A DNA stretch of 64,000 nucleotides. Source: Podarcis muralis (lineage: Eukaryota). The translations under genes were made by a program, and so were the position numbers. Numbering within the stretch: position 1 is the stretch's first letter; every line of letters starts with the position of its first letter. The notes beneath the pieces are model-generated. The model did not search any database, had not been told where the DNA came from, and saw nothing but the letters and a program-made list of their open reading frames with translations. This document shows, one piece after another, positions 1 to 9,428 of the stretch. The DNA lies in the NCBI RefSeq assembly GCF_964188315.1, contig NC_135662.1, forward strand, positions 78,492,001-78,556,000, written 5' to 3'.

Positions 1-70
1 TTCTGAGCCAAAGTGCACTGTCCGGTCTACTCTAAGATTCTGCTGTGAAATGTGCTTTGAAGATAAGTTA

Positions 71-418
71 AAAAAGGTAAAGGGACCCCTGACCATTAGG
101 TCCAGTCAGGCCGACTCTGGGGTTGCAGTGCTCATCTCGCTTTATTGGCCGAGGGAGCCAGCGTACAGCTTCCGAGTCATGTGGCCAGCATGACTAAGCT
201 GCTTCTGGCAAACCAGAGCAGTGCGTGGAAACACCGTTTACCTTTCCGCTGGAGCGGTACCTATTTATCTACTTGCCCTTTGACGTGCTTTCGAACTGCT
301 AGGTTGGCAGGAGCAGGGACTGAGCAACGGGAGCTCGCCCCATTGCAGAGATTCAAACTGCCGACCTTCTGATCGGCAAGTCCTAGCTCTGTGGTTTAAC
401 CCACAGCACCACCCCTTC
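71..418 (-). mobile_element. Sauria SINE (subfamily A)
   Basis: Reverse complement of the GGGACGCAGGTGGCGCTGTGGGTTAAACCAC...(ACCTTT)n body. 12-bp TSD GAAGATAAGTTA at 59-70 and 419-430. Confidence 0.93.
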
Positions 419-574
419 GAAGATAAGTTAGCAGTTTCTAATTGAAGGGCTGAGAACCACCAGCATGCCTCCCAGATTTTTATGTGGTGACATTAGTGGA
501 TCTTTGTAATACATCAAGGGTAAATAGTTGGTCTTCTCAACAAACGGTTATCACAGCCATTCTTGGTGGGGATG

Positions 575-917
575 CAGGAAAGGGCCTTCTCAGTGACTGC
601 CCCCAGACCCTGGAATTCCCTCCCTAGAGAAGCTAGACTGGCTCTCTCCTTATTGTTCTTCCATTGGCAAGTGAAGATCTTATTGTTTCAAGAGGCTTTG
701 GGGAACTGACTGGTTTTAATGAAAGGGCTGGTGCCATGCTGTTTTTATTGTAATTATTTGTATGTTTTAATCAGATTTTATATGTGTATATAGTTCTAAT
801 TCTATTAATGTTTAATTGTGTTTTGGTTATTTTTGTTCTATGTTTTCAGCAATTCTTGCTTTTATCTGTATGTTGCCTTGAGTCCTGTCAGGGGGGAAAG
901 GTTTGGGTATAAATAAA
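575..917 (+). mobile_element. Degraded L2-clade LINE 3' end
   Basis: AGGGCCTTCTCAGTG...CTGGAATTCCCTCCC resembles the RAFS..AP.LWNSLP terminus. It is followed by an AT-rich 3' UTR and an ATAAATAAA tail. Confidence 0.6.
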
Positions 918-942
918 GATACAGTGATGATGCTGGCAATGG

Positions 943-1319
943 CAGGGTTTTTCTGGGGTTCTCAAGGGTATTCAGTACCAGCACCTCATTTCCCCCCAAA
1001 GATTAAAATTGTGGCACTTACTGTAACAACTTCATGGTGAGTACAGTGGTACCTCGGGTTACATATGCTTCAGGTTACATATGATTCAGGTTACAGACTC
1101 CGCTAACCCAGAAATAGTGCTTCAGGTTAAGAACTTTGCTTCAGGATGAGAACAGAAATCGTGCTCCGGCAGCACAGTGGCAGCAGGAGGCCCCAATAGC
1201 TAAAGTGGTGCTTCAGGTTAAGAACAGTTTCAAGTTAAGAATGGACCTCCGGAACGAATTAAGTACTTAACCCGAGGTACCACTGTATTGGCACCTTTTT
1301 TTTCTTAAAAAAAGCACTG
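943..1319. mobile_element. hAT-type MITE interrupted by a Tigger-like MITE
   Basis: Ends CAGGGTTTTT...AAAAAAGCACTG with an imperfect 8-bp TSD GGCAATGG/GGTAATAG. It shares TTCATGGTGAGT...GGCACC with the copy at 2099-2228. Confidence 0.7.
1044..1285. mobile_element. Tc1/mariner (pogo/Tigger-like) MITE
   Basis: TIR CAGTGGTACCTCGGGTTA...TAACCCGAGGTACCACTG with TA TSD. Confidence 0.93.
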
Positions 1320-1484
1320 GGTAATAGTAATGATAATATTTACTTATGGGCAAAAACACTGATGCAACAATAAAGACTGCTTCTTTTAGATATTGTATGG
1401 CAAAACTGGGCCAAAATGTTTTAGGTTACAATATGGTAGATGTTCATAATAACATCATGCAGCTATTCTAGGCAGCATCAACAT

Positions 1485-1663
1485 AAATTTAGTGTCCAGA
1501 TCAAGGGAATGAATAGGAGTGGTACTATTCTGCCTTGGTCTGACCACACCTGGAATATTGGGCCCAATTCTGGGCACCACAATTTAAGAAGGTTGTTGAC
1601 AAGCTGGAATGTGTGGAGAGGAGGGCAACCAAGATGATCAAGGATCTGGAAACCAAGGCTTAT
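1485..1663 (+). mobile_element. CR1 LINE RT C-terminal fragment
   Basis: 1526-1663 translates [45 protein letters not shown], the typical CR1 ORF2 motif. Confidence 0.88.
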
Positions 1664-2098
1664 GACCTGAATGTACTCAATTGAATCTTTTATCAAAGAA
1701 ATGGTTCTCCAACATTACTGCGCCTACAGAAGGGGAGAGCGGGATTGTGTACAGTATTCCAAGTGGGAATCCACCACAGGATACAACTTAATAAAAAGTA
1801 TAAATTATCAGAAAGACAACTAAAATTTTGTGGGGGTGGGTGGGTGTAAACTGTAGCATCTCATGGAATTTTACCAACAATGGGTGGTATTCAAAAGATA
1901 CTTGTGTGCAACAATTACTGTTAGTGCAAGGAGACTTCCCCCCCTTCTCTCTGCCACATAACCACACCATCCCGAAATCTGCTCCGGAGAGTTGGAGAAA
2001 GCCCCAGTACAGATTATGGGGGCTTGTGGAGCAGAGAGGGGGAGAATATTCTTTTGCAGAAGTAGAAATCTTTGTGCTGATGCAACTTTAGCCTTAAC

Positions 2099-2228
2099 CA
2101 GGGGGTTTTTTCCAGCCGGAACTCACTGGAACTCGGTTCTGGGTGGGTACAATTGCCACTATAAGAGAACAAGGGAGGCATTCATGGTGAGTTCTGGCAC
2201 CTGTTTTTCATCTAGAAAAATAACACTG
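2099..2228. mobile_element. hAT-type MITE
   Basis: Ends CAGGGGGTTTT...AAAATAACACTG. 8-bp TSD GCCTTAAC/GCCTTAAT. Confidence 0.8.
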
Positions 2229-2812
2229 GCCTTAATGCCATGTTGAACACCACCCAGTGTATTTTAGTGCTTGTTATGGGTCTTAAGCAATAAATTCTGA
2301 ATGATCAGATGTCAGAAACTTCGAAACAACATGGGACAAAGGAGATATCCAGGTCAGGAGGTGGACGTCCATTCCAAAATTCCGTGTCTGTGAATCTCAT
2401 TGGGGAAAAACTTGATAGGAATTATTTTGAGATGTTCTAACAAGTAGATATATTAATGGGAGAATCTGTAAGCTACATTGGTAGATTCTTCCCTCAAATG
2501 CTTACTAAGAATTAACGACACAATTTACCATACAACAATACTCCCATAACACCCCTGATTTTTCCCTACATTTCTCTTCTAACACCAATTTATATGCCTG
2601 ATGACGTGTGCATCATACTGACAGCACTTCTCATATAACCCATGGGAAAGGATGCTAAATGTTGATCGTTCCCAAATATTGATCAACTACAATTAATGTT
2701 AATAGCTTCTCTTTTTTTAACAGTTCACAGTGCTGGACAGCTTGCATAATCTGTTACTGATACAAACAGCAGGGAGAAATTATTTCTGCAGTTCTTGACT
2801 GCTAACTAGCGT

Positions 2813-2864
2813 ATTTATTTATTTGTTTGTTTGTTTGTTTGTTTGTTTGTTTGTTTGTTGTTTG
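2813..2864. repeat. (TTTA/TTTG)n microsatellite
   Basis: Directly visible. Confidence 0.9.
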
Positions 2865-3194
2865 TATAGGACTATCAATGTGAATGGCACAAAAAAGCCA
2901 GGTCTCTGACTTGAGGGAAGATTATTGTTTTGAATGAAGTCTTCACAATGCAACTTTACAGCACAAACATACACAACTGCGCTGAAATATGGTGCAGAAG
3001 CTTCGGCACCCTTGAAAACCACTAATGATCTTTAAGAAATTTGTTACCATATAAAGTAACTTGTAAAATTTAAGATAATGAATAAACACATGTTATATCT
3101 TTATGACTAATCAAGTACCCTAGTAAGGCTAGATGAAGGCAAAGAGGGGGAAGTTTCAATAACCTGGGTATTTATATATGGATAAACAAAGTAG

Positions 3195-3543
3195 GGGACG
3201 CAGGTGGCGCTGTGGGTTAAACCACAGAGCCTAGGACTTACCGATCAGAAAGTCGGCGGTTCAAATCCCCACAATGGGGTGAGCTCCCGTTGTTCGGTCC
3301 CTGCTCCTGCCAACCTAGCAGTTCGAAAGCACGTCAAAGTAGATAAATAGGTACCGCTCCGGTGGGAAGGTAAATGGCATTTCTGTGCGCTGCTCTGGTT
3401 CGCCAGAAGCAGCTTAGTCATGCTGGCCACATGACCTGGAAGCTGTAAGCCAGTAAAGCAAGGTGGCCAGTAAAGCAAGGTGAGCACCGCAACCCCAGAG
3501 TTGGCCATGACTGGACTTAATGGTCAGGGGTCCCTTTACCTTT
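3195..3543 (+). mobile_element. Sauria SINE (subfamily A)
   Basis: GGGACGCAGGTGGCGCTGTGGGTTAAACC head and GGGGTCCCTTTACCTTT tail. Small internal tandem duplication GCCAGTAAAGCAAGGTG x2. Confidence 0.93.
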
Positions 3544-3903
3544 AAACACATGGTCTTTATAGAAGATCTCACCGCTTAATTTTTTATGTGAAACATAAAA
3601 GGTGAGCCTAGTTTTTATATTGCCCAATTCTGTGCATGCTGTAAGTTGTTCTGCATTCCACAAGATTAACTCATGAGTAAGTGTTCAAAGGACTAAAGCC
3701 TGAGGTTGCAATCTTGCAGTCACTTCTTTTTTTACTCTAAAGTCTACTGAGCTCAGTAGGGTTGATTCACCAACAGATATATATAGAGTTACACTATTAG
3801 CTGCCCAGAACATAATAATCATCATCACTTGTTAACAGGAAGAAACCAACTTTGGTCAGAAGAAATCAAAAACACCAATAACTCTCCAATCTGAAACATA
3901 CTG

Positions 3904-4185
3904 GGTTGTATCCGGTGGCATATTTGTGTTAGCAAAAAAGAATTTCCATTTGTACAAGGCAGCGAGATTTATTTTCACTGGTCCAACCTATCCATTTCAG
4001 CACTGCCCCTGAGGGTTGTGGGACCCTCCAGATTAGTATGGAACACAACTCAGAGGGCTGAAGAAGGTATGCTGTTGTCATCTGTCTGCAAGGCAGGGGG
4101 TAGGTAGAGGGCTGGCAAAAATACTAAACTCACCTTGTTTAAACTGAAATGCTTTCCACTAGCGCAAAAACTACTGGATACAACA
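3904..4185. mobile_element. Old MITE-like element with GGTTGTATCC...GGATACAAC inverted ends
   Basis: Inverted termini. A related element with similar ends lies at about 36046-36266. Confidence 0.45.
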
Positions 4186-4209
4186 TGGGATATCCTTTAA
4201 AATCAGAAC

Positions 4210-4590
4210 AGAAGAGCAGTCCTGCTGGATCAGACCAAATGCCTTTCTAGTCCTTCATTCTGTACCATCAGTGTCCAACCAGATGCCTATGAGAAGCCTG
4301 AAAGCAGGACATGAGTACAGGAGCATCCACTCGTGTTCCCCAGCAATTGGGATTAACATAAGATGCCTAGGGACTCTGATATTGGAAGCAATATGCAGCC
4401 TCCATGACTACTAACCACTGATAGGCTTATCTTCCATGAACTGTCTAGTTCCCTTTTCAAGGCATCTAAATTAGTGACCATCACTACACCTTGTGGTAAT
4501 AAATCCATCATGTAGCGAAGATGCACAGTTTGACATTGTCTATCCCGAATCTCCCAGCATTCAGCTTCATTAGATAATCCCAGGTTCTAA
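4210..4590 (-). mobile_element. CR1 LINE 3' end
   Basis: Reverse complement of a CR1 3' UTR (AGAAGAGCAGTCCTGCTGGATCAGACCAAA...CTAGTCC) and of the WN.LP..VV region (CCATCACTACACCTTGTGG). Confidence 0.7.
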
Positions 4591-4609
4591 TGCTACAAAA
4601 GAAGAAAAA

Positions 4610-4612
<3 letters not shown>

Positions 4613-4695
<83 letters not shown>
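4613..4695. repeat. (CT)n(GT)n compound microsatellite
   Basis: Directly visible. Confidence 0.97.
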
Positions 4696-4696
<1 letters not shown>

Positions 4697-5719
4697 CTCT
4701 CAATTCCCTCAACACATTGCACATTGGGGTGATTTGTACACTACAATCCCAAGATCCATTTTCGGTTCAGTAGGTGTCTGTCCCACATCTTCTGCAGTGG
4801 AGACAGACATGCAGAATTCATTGAGTTCCTCTCCTGATCTTCTTTAGCACATCTTTCAGGGCAGCAGTAGGACATATCACACATTGATTTATTCCATGTA
4901 GCCCGATCCCATGCATGTTTTCTCCGAAGTAAATCCTCCCCCCTCCATTCAGTTGGATTTACTCCTGGGTAAGTGTGCAAAGGATTGTAGCCCTTGGTTT
5001 ACCAAATCCTGAGAGCAAATCCCATAGTTTTCAGTTGGATTTATTTCAGAGTAAACAAGCCTAGGATTTGGGGGGGGGGGGCACTGTCATACAATAAACC
5101 ATAAAAACAAATCTCAAAGACCAATATTCTATTGCGAAATAATCATCCAGAACTCCTCCTGAAATATACTGTTGTTTGGAATAGCCGTGAAAAATTACCA
5201 AGCAAAAGGTGGCAGCAGTGAGTTTCTTTGAGATCTGATTTCACTAGCAATTATTAATGCAGAATTTACACCATCCATATGAAGAGAGGATATTTTGGAA
5301 ATTCACCTCCGTAGAGAAAGATGCTTGCCAACTGCTGTTTGGCGTGAGATCATTTAGGCATTCTTTGAATTAAAGTTGGAATATAGATTTGGGCGTTCAA
5401 ATGATTATTTCTTTATTCCAACCCTCTGTATAGTGTACCTGGAACCTGAAGAGTTTTCATACTGAGGAGTTGGCTCACCTGGATTTTAAACGGAACATGA
5501 AGAAATCTACCAGGGAATCCTAAAATAATGTCCATTTTAGAAACATTCCTGCCCTGTGTAGTTTTATATATGCAGTGTGTGGGTTTTTTTTAAAAAAACA
5601 AACCCCTACAAATCATCCTTCTGACTTGTTCTGCGGTGACTTTGACACCCCACAAATTTGCCTTAATGTAACCAAGGAGTTAAAATCCGCACCGCTGCCA
5701 TTTTCCTCATCGTCTTTGC

Positions 5720-8330
5720 CAGTCCTGTCAGGGAAAGCGCGCGTGTGTGTATGTATGTGTTTCCCCCCATTTCAGGATGGGGCTTTGCGACAACGTGGGA
5801 AGGAGTCCGTGAGCTGCAAAAGGAACAAGGCAGCCCTTTCAGAGCTTTCCCCCCTTTTCGGCAGAGCCGGAGCTTGAATAAACCCTCTTACAGCTGTGCG
5901 AGGCAGCAGCTGAGGGCTGAACCGCCGCCTCCCATGTCAGCGCCTGCCAAACCCTGACTGACTGAACTCTCCGCGCGAGGAGGGACGGCGACTTTGGCTG
6001 AGGGGAATTCAAGGGCATTGGCCACGCAGCCTTTCCCGCAGGAGCAATCCTGAGCCGCCGCCGCCGCCGCCGCTCTCTCCGGCGAGCGCGCCTCCCGCCC
6101 GCCACCAGCACCTGCGAGCCTGACCTCGGAAGGGTCACCCCCCTCCGTCTCCGGCTTCGCGCCTCCCTCCCTTCTCCCCCAGCAGCTGCTCGACTTCGCC
6201 GCTCCCCGGGGCGGAGATGGCAGCCGCTCCCTCACTTTCTCCTTAGCCCAAGCGCGCCCCAATGCCCGCCGGAGGATGGGGTGAGGCGGCGCGCGAGGAG
6301 AGGCCAAGCGGGGCGGCGGGGAGGGCGGCCGTGCGCAGGGGGTGCGCTTCTTTCGGCCGCCGATTCAGGAGTCCGTTCTGAGGGCAACTTTCCGCCGCCG
6401 CGGGGAAGCCTCTCCGAGCGGAGGAGAAGCGAGGTCACCCTCGCGCCGCAGCAGAAGCCTCCGCTTCTTTAGCCCGGACGGGGCAACAACGCGGGGACGC
6501 TTCTTCGCGCGCTTTTTCCTCCTCCCTCTTCGCCAGGCGCAGGTGGCGGCTGCGTTTCGCTGAGGGAGAGAGAGAGAAAAGAGCGCAGCCGCCTTGCTCG
6601 CTTTCCCGCCTGCCCGCCCCAGCCCGGCCTCTGGAGCAGCGGCGGCGGCGGCACCAGGCGCGCGCGCTCCTGCTAGCGAAGGGAGGAGAAGGGAGCGCGG
6701 CGGCGGCGGCGGCGGCAGCTGTCACAGTATCTTCTCCAGCGGCGGAAGGTTGCCAAGCTGAGGTGGCCGCACTACAGAGAGAGCGCCGCTGCCGAGTCCG
6801 TGGAGAGAGGAAACGGGAGGTGGTGCTGAGGGGGGAGAGAGAGAGAGCGAGAGAGAGCCAGACGTCGAGCTGCTTCTCCCTCTGACAGAAGCGAGAGCGA
6901 GCGGGAGAGGCAGAGAGAGAGAGAGAGAGGCTGCCTCTCGGAGCCACGCAGTGTATGAAGAAGGAGCCCGCCTCGGAGCCCTCCGCGAAAGAGGGAGGCG
7001 GCGGGAAGGGCGACGGCGGCGTTGGCGGCGGCGGCGGCCAGGCAGGATGCTGCAATTGGGCAAGGTCAGGACCTTGCACTGAAGAAGCCCGCGGGGCGCC
7101 GCAGCCACCTCCCTCCTCCCCGCCTTGAGGATTTGCCTTTTGTTGTTGGTATATGCTCGGGAAACAGCAAGCAGGGGCGACGGCGTTGGGTGAGTCGGGC
7201 CATGGCCATCATGGATGGTGCCCAGGTCTCTCCCCCCCCCCTTTACCTCCCCCCTTCCCCCTGTGCGGAGAGGGGCTGCTGCCTCTGGGTGGAGGAGGGG
7301 CCCGCACTGCAAAGGTCTCCCCTCCCTTCCCTCCCCCTCTTTGTGTTCAGATGGGGTGTCCTCGATTGCCTGGGATCTATTTATTTTTTAAAAAAACACC
7401 ATCACCCCAAAACGATTTATGATCCTTTTCCTTCTGGAGAGAGAGGGCGAGCAGGCAAAGGTGGGCTATTTCTGCCTGCCTGGCCGTCGCTTTCCCCACC
7501 CCCTTCCTTCCTCGGCTCCTCGATGGCTTATGTAGGGCATCGGCAGCGACTCGCCTTCCCCGCCGCCCTGCAAGAAGACACTCGTTAGAGCAGGGAAGTC
7601 GTCAAGATCTGCCGGGGAAGGGGGCGAAGGAGGCGAGCGGGGAAGATGGGAAATAGACCCCTCGCTTCCATTTAGTCTCGCACTGCTGTGGACCAGGATT
7701 TTCGTGGCTTGTGTGTGTGTGTGTGTGCGCGCGCGCGCTCTCGCGGCGGAGGCGCGCGCAGAATCAACTGGAAATACTTAGTCATACATCCATATCTGCT
7801 GGTGGTTCTGCGATGCAAAGAGAGGGGCGACCCTCCCCCTCCTCCCCCCACCCCCATTTCGTTATCTTTTAGGGGCCCGGAATAGTGCGATGCTGCTACT
7901 TGGCTGCTTAGGCAGATGCGCCTCTACACGTTGGAAGAGGATTGGGGTGGTGGCGGCGGCGGTGCTTCCTTTTTGTTTAGCATCCTTGTCTGCCAAAGGG
8001 CTTTCTTGAGATTTGGCTGATTTATAATTAATGGCTGAAAGGAAAGATGCCTCTCTCTCGCTCGCTCGATCCATTTCCTCCCCCTGTGCTGGTGCGTAAT
8101 GTGCTTGCATCGATCGCTTCTAACCTAGCCTCCTCGGCGAGTCGCTACAGAGGAGGTGCAGCAGACGCGAGACAGTAAATGGTGGTGCACAGATTCGGCT
8201 TTTGCTGGGAATGTTGCGGGTGGGGAGCTTCCCCCCGAACGGCTTGCATTAAAAGCTGGGCAAAGTTTGTGTGTGTGTGAGAGATATCCCCTGCGAAGAG
8301 TGTCCTGCCCATCTCTCTTGCCCATACAGC
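5720..8330. promoter_or_regulatory. CpG island / promoter of an unidentified + strand gene
   Basis: Sharp rise in GC and CpG density with GCC/GGC repeats, GC boxes and GA tracts against an AT-rich, CpG-poor background. Strong + strand donor inside it. Confidence 0.9.
6560..7189 (+). other. Probable first (5' UTR) exon; start approximate
   Basis: Ends at consensus donor TGG|GTGAGT (7189/7190) inside the CpG island. Contains short upstream ORFs and no recognisable protein. Confidence 0.6.
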
Positions 8331-9228
8331 CGTTTAATGCACGCTTTCATTGCAAAGGGCGTGACTTCTTTTGGTGGCGAAATGTGCGGGCAACCTTAGC
8401 AGTTAATCTCTTCCAGGAAACTTAGCAGTATCTTACTATAGATGATTGGGAAAAGATTGATAGGCCTGTTACGAAACGGCCAGCTATTAACTTTTATGAA
8501 CTGCGGGGATTGGTATTTACAAATACTTCCGAAGACAGCATCGGGGGAAGCGTATGGACAGCATCGGGGGAAGTGAAACTTTTAGACCTCGTTCATGATC
8601 TGCATACATCATATAAATAAATGATGTGTGTGACGTAATGCAGCTTGGTGCAGATCTAATTCTTAGCAAGACGTACATTGTTGTAGGGAACTTCCACTGG
8701 CAAGCAAGAATACAGTGCAACCCATGAGGAACAAAAGATTTTATCAGTGTGAAGGGTGAAAATATCTTCTAGGCAACGTTTTTAGTAGAAACGAAGGTTC
8801 ACAGTTATGCCCCAACTACTTTCTAACAGCTCTGTGCAGAGAATATAGGGGTTGATTGGTTGTTTGCAGTTGTGGTGAGAGACTGTCTGGGAGGATGGAT
8901 GCATTTCGGATTTCTCCGAAATTAGGTTAGCGCCTTTATACAATTTATAGTCTCCTTGCAGGCTCTTGAGTCCCCTAATGGTTTTTGGGAACATGCATGG
9001 ATCTTCTTAGCTGATTTGCCAAATTGGAAAGCATGTGATGTTTGTAGTAAATCACCTAAGCCTTTGTAACTGATTCTTTGGACATTTGGGGCACAATAGT
9101 TCTGTTCTCTAAGGTTGGCTGAATTCACATTTCCCCGGTTTTCAATTCTTACTACTCTAAAATCTGCACATTCGAAAGCAAACTTTAGTACATTACAGGA
9201 ACAGTTTGCTACTACTGCTGAGGTGTGT

Positions 9229-9428
9229 NNNNNNNNNNNNNNNNNNNNNNNNNNNNNNNNNNNNNNNNNNNNNNNNNNNNNNNNNNNNNNNNNNNNNNNN
9301 NNNNNNNNNNNNNNNNNNNNNNNNNNNNNNNNNNNNNNNNNNNNNNNNNNNNNNNNNNNNNNNNNNNNNNNNNNNNNNNNNNNNNNNNNNNNNNNNNNNN
9401 NNNNNNNNNNNNNNNNNNNNNNNNNNNN
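9229..9428. other. Assembly gap (200 N)
   Basis: Run of N preceded by GTGTGT. Confidence 1.

Noticed and set aside
145-372. Recurrent ORFs with KLLLANQSS / WYLFIYLH motifs (also 3245, 23921, 26257, 37467, 49373, 54999)
   Set aside because: They are translations of Sauria SINE copies, not a gene family.
5839-7588. Long overlapping ORFs of 139-214 aa on both strands
   Set aside because: Stop-poor GC-rich CpG island with low-complexity A/G/P/R content and no domain similarity. The 7022 ORF has no ATG start and runs through the splice donor.
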